Shown here: positions 10,944-20,029 of the stretch, in pieces | Layout of the letters: each line of letters begins with the position of its first letter | How positions within the stretch are numbered: position 1 is the stretch's first letter | From: Gemmatimonadota bacterium | GTDB lineage: Bacteria; Gemmatimonadota; Gemmatimonadetes; Gemmatimonadales; GWC2-71-9 | Length of the DNA stretch: 64,000 nucleotides | Direction of reading: 5' to 3' | Assembly (NCBI GenBank): GCA_003220795.1 | Contig: QHTK01000050.1 | Span: 670-64,669, forward strand | The notes under the pieces: model-generated | The model's database searches: none | Seen by the model: only the letters and a program-made list of their open reading frames with translations | What the model was told of the DNA's origin: nothing | Program-made: the position numbers and the translations under genes

Positions 10944-11783
10944 GTGCAGCGGCGTACATTTGTCCACGCGCTCGGCGCTTCGCTGGCCACCGGCCCCTTG
11001 GCGTCGCTCCGCCCCGCCCGATCGGGTCGCCTCGCCCGTATCGGGCTCGAGCTCTATTCCGTGCGGGACGCAATGCACCGGGATCCCGAGCGGACCATCG
11101 CCGCGGTGCGCGCCATGGGCTACACCGACGTCGAGCTGCTCTGGTCCTTCGGCAACTTCGGGCGCACGACCGAGCAGGTGCGTGCGGCGCTCGATCGGGA
11201 AGGATTGCGCGCGCCCTCGGCCCACATCTCGGCGATCACCCTGTTCGTCGGGTGGCAGCGGAGCCTCGACATCGCCCACCGCCTGGGCCACGAGTACCTG
11301 ATTGTGCCGAGCTTCACGGGTGAAACCTCGCGCACGCTCGACGACTGGCGAGAGTGGGCCGATCGCTTCAATACCGCCGGGGCCGCCGCGCGCCGCGCCG
11401 GTATCTGGCTCGCCTTCCACAACGAGTCGGACCACATGACGCCGATCGACGGCACGGTGCCGTACGACGTGTTCGTGGCGCGAACCGACCCGACGGTGGT
11501 GCGTCTCCAACTGGACGTCGGCAACATGGCGATGGGGGGCGGGGATCCGCTCGCTTATCTCCAGCGCTACCGCGACCGCTACTGGAGCTTCCACCTGAAG
11601 GACGTGGTCGCCGACCGCTCGCACGACACCGAGCTCGGCACAGGAACGCTCGACTTCCGGCGGCTGCTCGCCGCCGTGCCGGACATCGACCACAAGTTCT
11701 GCTACGTCGAGCAGGAAGGCGCTTCCGATCCCCTGGCCAGCGCCAAGCAGGACTACGAGTTCCTGAAGAAGCTCGAGTTTTAG
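10944..11783 (+). CDS. Tat-signal sugar phosphate isomerase/epimerase (xylose isomerase-like TIM barrel)
   Basis: Twin-arginine N-terminus MQRRTFVHALGASLATG. The body resembles AP-endonuclease-2/xylose-isomerase TIM-barrel proteins (GYTDVELL...FHNE...LDVGN). Confidence 0.7.
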   Translation: MQRRTFVHALGASLATGPLASLRPARSGRLARIGLELYSVRDAMHRDPERTIAAVRAMGYTDVELLWSFGNFGRTTEQVRAALDREGLRAPSAHISAITLFVGWQRSLDIAHRLGHEYLIVPSFTGETSRTLDDWREWADRFNTAGAAARRAGIWLAFHNESDHMTPIDGTVPYDVFVARTDPTVVRLQLDVGNMAMGGGDPLAYLQRYRDRYWSFHLKDVVADRSHDTELGTGTLDFRRLLAAVPDIDHKFCYVEQEGASDPLASAKQDYEFLKKLEF

Positions 11784-11793
11784 ACCCCATTCC

Positions 11794-13935
11794 TCAGGTG
11801 AGGGCCACGACCTCGTAGTCGACCACCGCGGGCACCTCGAAGCGGACGGCGGTTCCGTCGTGCTCGAACGGGAGCACGCGACCGCTGCGGAGCGCCTCCA
11901 CCCGCCGGATCGTCCTGCCCGCCGCGACCTCGAACCGTACCCGCTGGGCCCCGATGGGGTGGAAGCGGTCGACCAGGCCCCACGTCAGATTGGGGGTCGT
12001 GTAGTTGAGCAGATGCAGGGCGTAGCCCGGCTCCGTCTCCCACGCGAACGCCTCGAGCAGCCCTTCTCCTGCGATCGACACCGGCGGCGTCTGGTCGCCC
12101 CGCACCCAGCGAACCGTGTTCTGGAGCAGCCGGCCCAGGTCCGGATTGCCGGAGCGCCAGAACGTGCGCTCGACGTCGCCGGGGAAATACGCCACGCGCG
12201 AGCTGCCGCGCTGCCGCAAGACGACGGCAGGCTCGTCGGTGTGCGCGGTGCGTGGGTAGACCATCTCGGGCGGGAAGGCGGGATAGGACGGCACCACGGT
12301 CAGAACCGGCCGACCGGCTTCGCGCAGGCGGACAGGAACGCGGTTCTCGGGGCCGGGCAGGAGCGACGTGCCTTCGAAGCCTGCCAGCACCGGATGGCGT
12401 TCCTCGATCCGCATGTAGCTGTTGGCGGCGGGGCCGACGAGCTCGCCCGCGACGGTGAGGCCCCACAGATCGGCGAGGGCCGGCTCGCTGCGCGCGTCGC
12501 CCCATTCGTTGCGGCGCGAGGTCTCGAAGGTAGCCAGCAGCGAGCCACCCGCCTGCACGTAGGCGCGGATCTGCCGGCAGGGCTCGTCCGCCAAGTAGGC
12601 GGCGTTGGGGACGAGCAGAGCGCGGTAGCGGCCCAGCGTCTTCTCCGACAGGTCGCTCTCGTGCACGAAGTCGAAGACAAACCGCCCCTGCAGTAGCGCC
12701 GCGTACAGCCCCTGCAGATAGTCGGTTCCCTGGCGCGAAAAGGCGATCGTGCTCTGCGGGAACAGCACCGCCAGGTCGGCCACCGAGCGCGTGTTGCGGA
12801 AATGCGGCTCCTGCGCGGCGAGCCAGGCGAAAAACTGGCGCCCCGTGTCGCGCCACCGCTCGTCCTCGGGGGAGCCACCGAGCCAGTGAAACCAGGGCAC
12901 CATGCCGCTGGCCACGGTTTGGGCCATCCATAGCGTCGTCTCGGCCGCCGGCTTGGCGACGTGCCGCCAGACGGGGCGGCTGTTGCTGTAGGCGCCGGTG
13001 ACGTTCGTGATCGTGCGCCCCTGCATCACCGAGCGGGCCACGCGGCCCTGCTGCGCGCAGTCCCACAGCGGCGTGTCGCCGGCGCGGCCCTGGTGGTCGG
13101 CGTTGAACCAGCCGGCCACCTGGCCGATGCGGGCGAGATCTTTGACCACGCGGATGCCGCCGCCCAGGTTGCCCACGTAGACCGCGTCGGGACGGCTCTC
13201 TCGCGCCACCGCGTCCCACAGCCGCCATACCTCCAACAGACGATCCATGAACGCCGCGTAGTAGCGGCGGTAGAGCGGGCTGGTGGCGTCGGTCTGCTCG
13301 GGCGGCACGCCGCCGACTTTCTCGCGGTAGATCTTCTGACAGCTCTCGCAGTAGCAGACGCCGAGCGCGCCCGTGCTGGGCCAGCCGTTGGTGAAGAACG
13401 AGTCGACCGCATAGCGCTTGCCGATCTCGCGGTAGATGGCCGGCATCTGCTCGGTGAAGTACGGCGAAAACATGCAGGTCTTGAAGAGCCAGGTGGATTC
13501 GTTGTGCCGGCGTGGCTGGCCGTCCCGGTCACGCTCGAACCATTCCGGATGCGCCTGCACGGCCTCCTCCCAGGAGTAGTTGCAGTCCATCCGCGCCACC
13601 ACGCGGATGCTGCGCGCGCGGGCCGCGGCGGCCATTTCGCCGAACAGGTCGCGCGTGCCGAGAAACGCACTGCGGTGGTGATACGGGACGTCGGTCGGGT
13701 AGAAGGCCATGATCCCGCCGCCGTTGACGAGCAGCGCGTTCACCCGCAGCGAGGCCCAGTACTCGGCCCACCCTCCCACATCGAGCGTGAGCGGATCACG
13801 CTCGTTGAAGTTCAGCTGCCCACAGCGGCGCATGGTGGCGTACCAGGGCGGCGCCGCCGCCCGCCGCAGGCGGCGGATAGGGACCGCGGCCGCTCCCGCA
13901 GCCGCGGAGCTAGCGAGGAATTCCCGTCGGTTCAT
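11794..13935 (-). CDS. Tat-signal GHL6-like glycoside-hydrolase-fold protein with beta-galactosidase-trimerisation-like C-terminal domain
   Basis: The real start is ATG 13935 (MNRREFLASSAAAGAAAV, a Tat motif). The track ORF 11794..14688 reads through into the upstream gene in another frame. The function call comes from family resemblance only. Confidence 0.55.
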   Translation of the reverse strand: MNRREFLASSAAAGAAAVPIRRLRRAAAPPWYATMRRCGQLNFNERDPLTLDVGGWAEYWASLRVNALLVNGGGIMAFYPTDVPYHHRSAFLGTRDLFGEMAAAARARSIRVVARMDCNYSWEEAVQAHPEWFERDRDGQPRRHNESTWLFKTCMFSPYFTEQMPAIYREIGKRYAVDSFFTNGWPSTGALGVCYCESCQKIYREKVGGVPPEQTDATSPLYRRYYAAFMDRLLEVWRLWDAVARESRPDAVYVGNLGGGIRVVKDLARIGQVAGWFNADHQGRAGDTPLWDCAQQGRVARSVMQGRTITNVTGAYSNSRPVWRHVAKPAAETTLWMAQTVASGMVPWFHWLGGSPEDERWRDTGRQFFAWLAAQEPHFRNTRSVADLAVLFPQSTIAFSRQGTDYLQGLYAALLQGRFVFDFVHESDLSEKTLGRYRALLVPNAAYLADEPCRQIRAYVQAGGSLLATFETSRRNEWGDARSEPALADLWGLTVAGELVGPAANSYMRIEERHPVLAGFEGTSLLPGPENRVPVRLREAGRPVLTVVPSYPAFPPEMVYPRTAHTDEPAVVLRQRGSSRVAYFPGDVERTFWRSGNPDLGRLLQNTVRWVRGDQTPPVSIAGEGLLEAFAWETEPGYALHLLNYTTPNLTWGLVDRFHPIGAQRVRFEVAAGRTIRRVEALRSGRVLPFEHDGTAVRFEVPAVVDYEVVALT

Positions 13936-13939
13936 GGAG

Positions 13940-16090
13940 TTACCGCGCCAGCGGGTCGGGGCGCAGCTGGAACTTGAGCACCTTGCTCGTGGTGCCCTTG
14001 CCGCCCTCCATGTGAAATGGCGCTCGGGTGCTGACCGTCGCCCACAGCGCCCTGCCCTTCCACCCGGCGCTGGGATCGTCGATCCGGCCATCCATCCATT
14101 TGGTGTAGAATCCCAGTGGATACGGGACGCGCAGCACGATCCATTTCCCTTCTTGGAAAACCAGCAGCCCTTCGGACCCGTTGCCGGTGTTGATCGGCAC
14201 GTTCGTGCCGAGGCCGAGCACGCCGAACTGATCGACCCAGGTGTAGTAGCTGGCCTCTGCGCTGCCCCGGTCGGTGACACCCTGGATCTGTGGGAGAGGC
14301 TCGGGATAGAAGCTCCAGCCCTCGGGACAGTGCTGGCCGGTCGCGGACGGTCCGTTGAGCGGTCCCTTGCATTTCCGGCGGTCGAAGCTCGCGAGATGGC
14401 CGCTGGTGAGCGCCGTCCAGTAGACGCCGTTCCGGTCCACGTCACCGCCACGCGGGGAGAACCCCTCGACGGGGACGCCGGATCGGTCGAGCGGCAGCTC
14501 GTACAACTCCGCGAGCGCCGTCTCCGGGGGGTTCGGACCGGGAACGAGCCGCACGATGGCGCCCGGGAAGCCCAGTGATGACCCCCAGATCGACCCGTCA
14601 GGCGCCGGGGCGACAGCGTACAGGCCAGCCGAGATCCGCTTGTCCTTGGCGGGATCGACGGGCTGGTCGGGCTCGACGTAGGCGTCACGCTTGCCGTTGC
14701 CGTTGGTGTCGAGGATCAGCGCGGTCCAGCCCTGCGATTTCTCCTCGTCCCCGGTCTCGTCGAACAGCTTGGTGTTGAGCCACCCCACCACGGGGCCGCC
14801 CCCCGAAGTCCACAGCGTGCGGTTCGCGTCTTCCGCGAACATCAGGTGGTGTGTGCTGAAGCAGGTGCTGATGTGCGTGAGTTTCTGGGTCTTGGGATCG
14901 TACATGGCGAGGTGGCGTCCCGCGCGCGTGAGCGGGAACAGCTTGGCCGAAGGATGGCTCGAGCCCGCCTTGCAGAACGCCGGATTGTCGGGGGGACGCA
15001 CCGTGGACGTGAGCCAGACGCGGCCCCGCTCATCGAACATCGGGTTGTGCACGTTGTTCTTGCTGGTCCAGATCGCCTCGCTGCCCCAGTAGGGCGAGGG
15101 TTGCGTCGGCGGCCCGGCCGCCGGCTCGGTGTTGGGATCCCGGACCGTGAGTGGGAGCCGGCTCGTGGTGTTGCGCACCGGATCCAGCACAGGCAGGTAG
15201 TCAGCGCTCAACTCGAGGGATCCGTAGATCGAGCCGTTGGCGTTGAGCGTGGGGTTGCGGCGGTCGGTCGAGACCTCGTCGTGCAGGTATGCCTTCGGAT
15301 CCGCCCAATCCCATTCGGTGATGACCACGTTGCGCTCGATGCCCTGCGGCCGGGGCGGCGTCGGTGGGATCGCACCGGCGGCGATCCGATCGGTCCAATC
15401 GGCGAACATCGCCAGCGCGCGCTTGGCGCCGAGCTGGCTCACGGTGCCGATCATCTGGCCTCCGGCTTGTCCCGACTGCAGCCGCCGCAGCCACGCCGCC
15501 GTGGAGGACTCGAACGTGCCGAGGGCCTTGGGTATTTCCCGCGTCCCCCTGCTGCCCAGCTGATGGCACGCCCAGCAGCCGCCCGACTTGAGAATCCTGA
15601 TCCACTCGGCCTGGCTCTTCACATTGGGCGCCCCGCCGTTCCCGTCCGCCCCGGTGGGCCCGAACTCGCTCTTCGCCGGCACGCGGATCAGGGAAAACCA
15701 GTATCCGGCCGGGTAATACTGCGCGGCCGCACGTGCGTCTGGTGCCACGACCGCGGTGAGATTGAGAGTTTTTCCCGGCGCGGCGCGTAGCGCCGGCGAG
15801 TCCACTAGCCCGTAGCCCCGCACCCACACGCGGTAAGTGGCCTTGGGGAGATCGGGCAGCAAGTATCGCCCCTGGTCGTCGGTGACCACGATCTTCACGA
15901 ACTTCGTGGCGAGCTCGCTGGTCTCGGCGATCACCCAGACTCCCGCTTCGGGCCCGCTCGGGCCGGTCACCACGCCGCCGATGGCGTTGCTGTCGACCCG
16001 GACGGCCGGGTCCGGGGTTCGGGGAACCGTCGAGAACGTGCCCAGAACGATCAGCATGACGGCGACGTATGGAGCTGTGTGCGCTTTCAT
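13940..16090 (-). CDS. secreted CarboxypepD_reg-domain protein with a single CxxCH haem-c motif and a beta-propeller-like C-terminal region
   Basis: Signal peptide present. Ig-like block GGVVTGPSGPEAGVWV...VTDDQGRYLLPDLPKATYRVWVRGYG, then CWACH, then repeated GSIWG/GVYW-type segments. A strong SD (AGGGAGGA) precedes ATG 16090. Confidence 0.6.
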   Translation of the reverse strand: MKAHTAPYVAVMLIVLGTFSTVPRTPDPAVRVDSNAIGGVVTGPSGPEAGVWVIAETSELATKFVKIVVTDDQGRYLLPDLPKATYRVWVRGYGLVDSPALRAAPGKTLNLTAVVAPDARAAAQYYPAGYWFSLIRVPAKSEFGPTGADGNGGAPNVKSQAEWIRILKSGGCWACHQLGSRGTREIPKALGTFESSTAAWLRRLQSGQAGGQMIGTVSQLGAKRALAMFADWTDRIAAGAIPPTPPRPQGIERNVVITEWDWADPKAYLHDEVSTDRRNPTLNANGSIYGSLELSADYLPVLDPVRNTTSRLPLTVRDPNTEPAAGPPTQPSPYWGSEAIWTSKNNVHNPMFDERGRVWLTSTVRPPDNPAFCKAGSSHPSAKLFPLTRAGRHLAMYDPKTQKLTHISTCFSTHHLMFAEDANRTLWTSGGGPVVGWLNTKLFDETGDEEKSQGWTALILDTNGNGKRDAYVEPDQPVDPAKDKRISAGLYAVAPAPDGSIWGSSLGFPGAIVRLVPGPNPPETALAELYELPLDRSGVPVEGFSPRGGDVDRNGVYWTALTSGHLASFDRRKCKGPLNGPSATGQHCPEGWSFYPEPLPQIQGVTDRGSAEASYYTWVDQFGVLGLGTNVPINTGNGSEGLLVFQEGKWIVLRVPYPLGFYTKWMDGRIDDPSAGWKGRALWATVSTRAPFHMEGGKGTTSKVLKFQLRPDPLAR

Positions 16091-16181
16091 GGTCCTCCCT
16101 TCATGTCCCCCGCATCAACGCGCATCCCGCCACGTCACGGTGCGCAGGGCGTATACTTGAGCCTCGCTGCGTCACTTGATT

Positions 16182-16308
16182 GGACGCCCTGAAGGGCGCC
16201 CTCGGCGCGGGCGCGTCCTGGAAGGACGCTCGTGTACGACCGTCCTTCAGGACGGCAAGGCCGCCGAGGCCGGGCTTTAGCCCGTGCAATCACGGGTCGC
16301 AACGACCC
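16182..16308 (-). repeat. array of seven short GC-rich stem-loops in the SDR / 716-aa-gene intergenic region
   Basis: Plus-strand hairpin coordinates: 16182-16201, 16213-16229, 16240-16255, 16259-16271, 16271-16284, 16281-16296, 16294-16308. Stems are 4-8 bp and loops 3-5 nt. The last three share arms, so they are mutually exclusive. Confidence 0.6.
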
Positions 16309-16327
16309 GGGGGGGGCAACCACCACC

Positions 16328-17131
16328 CTAGCCGCGCTGAATCTCGAGTGGCAGCCCCGGGTCCATCAGCGACGAGCCGCCGTCCACGGCGATCACCTGG
16401 CCCGTGATCCAGCCGGCTTCCTCCGAGCAGAGCAGCGACACCGCGTTCCCGATGTCGGCCGGAGTGCCGAGCCGGCCCATCGGGGTCCAGCCCCCTTGAT
16501 GCCAGGTGCGAATCATATCCTGGGCGGCGTCCGGGAGCGTGTTGAGCACGCTGTCCTCGATCCACCCCGGACTGATCGCGTTCACCGTGATGCCCCGCTT
16601 GGCGAGCGCGACGGCGAAGTAGCGGCACAGCGACTCCATGGCGACCTTCGCGGCTCCCATCCCGACCCACGGCTGCCAACTTCCGGTGCGGCCACCCGGC
16701 GCGTAGGTGATCGCGATGATCCTGCCATCGTCACCCATCAATGGACACACTTCGCGGACCGCCAGCAAGAATGCCTTCGCCTGGGAATTCATGGCCGTGT
16801 CCCACTGGCCCATCGTGATGCTCATCGGTCCTTGATAGAACTCCGGTACGTCGGGGCGGGCGTTGCTGACGAAAATGTCGAGTGTGCCGAACTCCTGCTT
16901 CGCACGGCCGACCATGCGGGCGATGTCTTCGGCCCGGCAGACATCGGCCTGAACCGTGAAGCCATCCGAGCCGGCCTGCCGCACCTTGGCGAGTGTGTCC
17001 TTCGCGGCCGCTTCGTTCTTGCGGTAGTTGATCGCGACGCGCACGCCTCGCTCCGCCAGCTTGAGCGCGATGCCGCGGCCGATGCCGCGCGAGCTTCCGG
17101 TGATCAGGGCATGCTTCCCGTTGTGCGCCAT
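16328..17131 (-). CDS. SDR-family oxidoreductase (FabL/FabG-like)
   Basis: 267 aa with Rossmann motif ITGSSRGIGRGIA, plus VSNA and ISPGWI blocks typical of classical short-chain dehydrogenases. Confidence 0.8.
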   Translation of the reverse strand: MAHNGKHALITGSSRGIGRGIALKLAERGVRVAINYRKNEAAAKDTLAKVRQAGSDGFTVQADVCRAEDIARMVGRAKQEFGTLDIFVSNARPDVPEFYQGPMSITMGQWDTAMNSQAKAFLLAVREVCPLMGDDGRIIAITYAPGGRTGSWQPWVGMGAAKVAMESLCRYFAVALAKRGITVNAISPGWIEDSVLNTLPDAAQDMIRTWHQGGWTPMGRLGTPADIGNAVSLLCSEEAGWITGQVIAVDGGSSLMDPGLPLEIQRG

Positions 17132-17182
17132 GTCTGACCTCCCCTCTCGAAGGTACGCCCCTCGTGTCGCGAGCCTCGTCGA

Positions 17183-18691
17183 TCAGCCCACCCGTGCGAC
17201 TTCATACAGGTACTCGACGTACGAGCGCACGGCGCCGTCCAAGCCCTGGACCTTGGGGGTCGCCGACTCGATGAGGTAGTACTCATCGGGGGCATGCGCG
17301 CCGCTGCCGTGGCCCAGTCCGAAGTGACCGGCCGGAAGCCGCAATGGATCCCCCGTGAACACATATCCCGGCCAGGAGCCGGCGTTGCGCGGCAGCACGA
17401 TCGGGTCGATCTGGGAGCGCCGGTACACTGTCTCCTGCACCTTGATGACCAGGGCGTCGGCGGGTGTGCTGGTGGGGTCGTAGCCGCCCGTCATGTTCAC
17501 CTCGATATCCCCGAACCCCCGCTTCGCCAGGTGTGCTGTGAGCGTCGCGAGGGACTCGGCGGCGGTCATATCGGGCACCAGCCGCAGGTCGAGCTTGGCC
17601 ACCGCCCTGTGGGGGAGAATGGTCTTTCCGCCGGGCCCCGTGTACCCGCCGACCAGACCCTCGATGTTGACCGTGGGGCGCGACACCAGTCGCTCCAGCG
17701 CGTCCGGCCAGCTGACGTCCCGCACCCAGTGCTCCACGCCGAGCTGCTTCTTCGCGGCGGTTTCGTCGAGCCGACGGGCCGCGTCCGCAACCATCGCTCT
17801 TTCCGCCGGCGAGATCGGACGTGCCTTGTCGAGATAACCGTCGATCGCAGGCTCGTTCCCGTCGGATGACACCAGCGTCGCGAGCGCCTGCACCAGGTGC
17901 CACGCGGGGCTGTCCACGCGTGCCTTGTTGCTCGAGTGAATGTCCTGGCGCGGCCCGCGGCCCCAGCGCTCGCCGCTCGAGACCAGCTCGCACTCGATCA
18001 CGCCCTTGGCGCCGAGCGTGATCGTCACCTGTCCATCGAGCCCCTGGGCGGCGGCCGGCATGAAGATGCCCACCGAGCGCCGCAGCGCCGCGAGCACCTC
18101 CGGCCGGCGCACGATCTGGGGGAAGTGCGGCGAGCCGATCTCCTCCTCGCCCTCGGCCACGAGCACGAAGTTCACCGGCGGCTTGCGGCCGGCGCCGCGG
18201 ATGGCGTGGAGCGCGGCGAGGAACGCGGCCTCCGGACCCTTCTGGTTCACCGCCCCCCGGCCCACCACCGCCCTTCCTAAACCGGGTTTGTCGACGAGCG
18301 CGGCGACCCAGGGCGGCGAGGTCCACTCGGCCGGGTCCGCCTGCTTCACGTCGTACATGAAGTAGAGGCCCAGCGTGCGCGGCGCGCCGGCGTCGAGCGT
18401 CGCAAAGATCCCGGGCTGGCCGTCGGTAGGCAGCTTGGTGACCTGCCCGAATCCCGCGTCGCGCAGCAGCCGCATGGTGAGCTCGCACCCCTCGTCCATA
18501 CCCCGGCGCTCGGCCGCGATCGACGGCTGGCGGATCCACTCCTGCAGCCGCTGCACCGCTTCGTCGTGACGCTTTTCGATCTGCGCGAACACGGGCGAGA
18601 GATCATCGGCGTGCGTGATCGGGGTGCGGCCCGGCAGGGCAAGCGCCACCGCGCCGGCGGCGGCATCCTGAAGAAACGCTCGGCGATCCAT
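17183..18691 (-). CDS. Tat-signal M20-family metallopeptidase (dipeptidase/ArgE-DapE-CPG2 family)
   Basis: MDRRAFLQDAAAGAVALALPG twin-Arg signal. Metal-ligand blocks NFVLVAEGEEEIGS and ...HAPDEY fit M20. Confidence 0.75.
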   Translation of the reverse strand: MDRRAFLQDAAAGAVALALPGRTPITHADDLSPVFAQIEKRHDEAVQRLQEWIRQPSIAAERRGMDEGCELTMRLLRDAGFGQVTKLPTDGQPGIFATLDAGAPRTLGLYFMYDVKQADPAEWTSPPWVAALVDKPGLGRAVVGRGAVNQKGPEAAFLAALHAIRGAGRKPPVNFVLVAEGEEEIGSPHFPQIVRRPEVLAALRRSVGIFMPAAAQGLDGQVTITLGAKGVIECELVSSGERWGRGPRQDIHSSNKARVDSPAWHLVQALATLVSSDGNEPAIDGYLDKARPISPAERAMVADAARRLDETAAKKQLGVEHWVRDVSWPDALERLVSRPTVNIEGLVGGYTGPGGKTILPHRAVAKLDLRLVPDMTAAESLATLTAHLAKRGFGDIEVNMTGGYDPTSTPADALVIKVQETVYRRSQIDPIVLPRNAGSWPGYVFTGDPLRLPAGHFGLGHGSGAHAPDEYYLIESATPKVQGLDGAVRSYVEYLYEVARVG

Positions 18692-18745
18692 AAAACGACC
18701 TCCGTCTCTACTGGTTCGCGGGAGACACGTCGGGGATTGTGAGCC

Positions 18746-20029
18746 ATGGCGCCTCTTGCCGCAAGGGATGGTACCTTAGACCGCATGGCTTCCTTCGCTC
18801 AACAGCTCGAGCGGCTGCTGCTCGCCGCGCAGGCGCGGGGGCTCGTGGAGTCGGGGCTGGCGGAGCAGCTGACGGCGCTCGCCGCCGAGCGGGAGCGAGA
18901 GCGGGGGTGGCTGAGCCTGGGTGGTGTGCTGGGTCGGCTCGGCGCCGCCGTCACCATGCTGGGCGTGATTCTCCTCATCGCCGCCAACTGGCAGCATATC
19001 GGCGCCGGAGTCAAGATCCTCGGCTTCTTGCTCCTGCTCGGCGGCGCCCACGGCGCCGCGCTCTGGATCCAGTGGACCGGACGGCCGTATCCACGCTTCG
19101 CCGAGGCGTTGCACTTTCTCGGCGCAGGCTTGTTCGTGGGAGGGCTCGCGCTCGTCGGTCAGATCTATCACCTCCCAGCCAACCCGCCGCGCGCGATGCT
19201 CGTCTGGCTCGTGGCCATCGCCCCTCTGGCCGTGTTGCTCCGATCCCCCGCTATCTCCGGCCTGGGAATACTGGCGGCGTGGCTGTGGCTGCACTTCGAA
19301 GCCGCGAATTCCGACTCACCCGTGCACGTCAGTGGGTTCACGTCCTATCTCATGCTGTCGCTCGGTATGGGGCTCGCGCTGCTCGGCGGGCAGAGCAAGC
19401 TGCGGCAGGAGGACCGCCGCATCCGATCGGTGATGCGGGGCGCTGCACAGCTCATGCTGTTCTACGGCGTCTACCTGCTGGGCTTCTTCCGCCGCTTCGC
19501 GGAACGGGCGGACACGGTCGCGACGGGCTCGCTCGTGCTGCCCTTGGGCGCCTTGGTGCTGGGATCGGCCGGCGTGGTCCTGGGGTGGAACCGGCTGGCG
19601 CCAGAGGTTCCCTGGCTGCGGGCACGGCTCTCGCTCCTGCTGGTCCTGCTGGTGACGACGTGCGTGGTCGCGCTGCTCATCGCCGTGGACGTGATTCCCC
19701 GCGGGCCCCCGGTCAGCGTCTTCGAGTTCGGTACCTCGGCTCGGTTCGCCGTCGGGACCGTGCTCGTATCGGCCGCGGCCTGGGTGCTGTGGTTCCTCTT
19801 CGCGCTCTGGTTGGTGGTGTACGGTGCCTTGTCGCGGCAGCGGGACTTCGTGAATACCGGCGTCCTGGCGTTCGGCCTCGGCATCGTCACGCGGTTCCTC
19901 GATCTGATCGGCGGCCTCGCGGATACCGGCACCCTGTTCGTGCTGGGCGGAATCGTGCTGCTCGGCACGGCATGGGCCATGGAGCGGTGGCGACGCGCGG
20001 TGGTGGCGCGGATCGAGGGGGACACATGA
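18746..20029 (+). CDS. polytopic membrane protein, DUF2157/DUF4401-like
   Basis: A soluble N-terminal helix (FAQQLERLLLAAQARGLV) is followed by about 10 TM helices. The start is ATG 18746 or ATG 18785. Its stop overlaps the next gene's ATG. Confidence 0.6.
   Translation: MAPLAARDGTLDRMASFAQQLERLLLAAQARGLVESGLAEQLTALAAERERERGWLSLGGVLGRLGAAVTMLGVILLIAANWQHIGAGVKILGFLLLLGGAHGAALWIQWTGRPYPRFAEALHFLGAGLFVGGLALVGQIYHLPANPPRAMLVWLVAIAPLAVLLRSPAISGLGILAAWLWLHFEAANSDSPVHVSGFTSYLMLSLGMGLALLGGQSKLRQEDRRIRSVMRGAAQLMLFYGVYLLGFFRRFAERADTVATGSLVLPLGALVLGSAGVVLGWNRLAPEVPWLRARLSLLLVLLVTTCVVALLIAVDVIPRGPPVSVFEFGTSARFAVGTVLVSAAAWVLWFLFALWLVVYGALSRQRDFVNTGVLAFGLGIVTRFLDLIGGLADTGTLFVLGGIVLLGTAWAMERWRRAVVARIEGDT

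Noticed and set aside
11794-14688. 964-aa track ORF. Similar over-long ORFs are 41750-43801, 46733-48787, 48100-49815, 49233-50765, 7231-10149 and 9681-10901
   Set aside because: The N-terminal parts are Arg/Pro/Ser-rich read-through into the upstream gene in another frame. Internal starts with signal peptides, conserved N-termini or ATGA/TGATG/GTGA coupling give normal-length proteins.
16182-16255. Possible mini-CRISPR, or tRNA-like structure, from the three evenly spaced hairpins
   Set aside because: There are only three imperfect units of about 28 nt with no intervening unique spacers of CRISPR length, and no cas genes. None of the hairpins assembles into a cloverleaf with an anticodon arm.
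16309-16316. G8 homopolymer as a phase-variation switch
   Set aside because: It lies in non-coding sequence between a stop codon and the hairpin array, not within a coding frame or at an obvious promoter spacer. The sequence gives no evidence of length variation.
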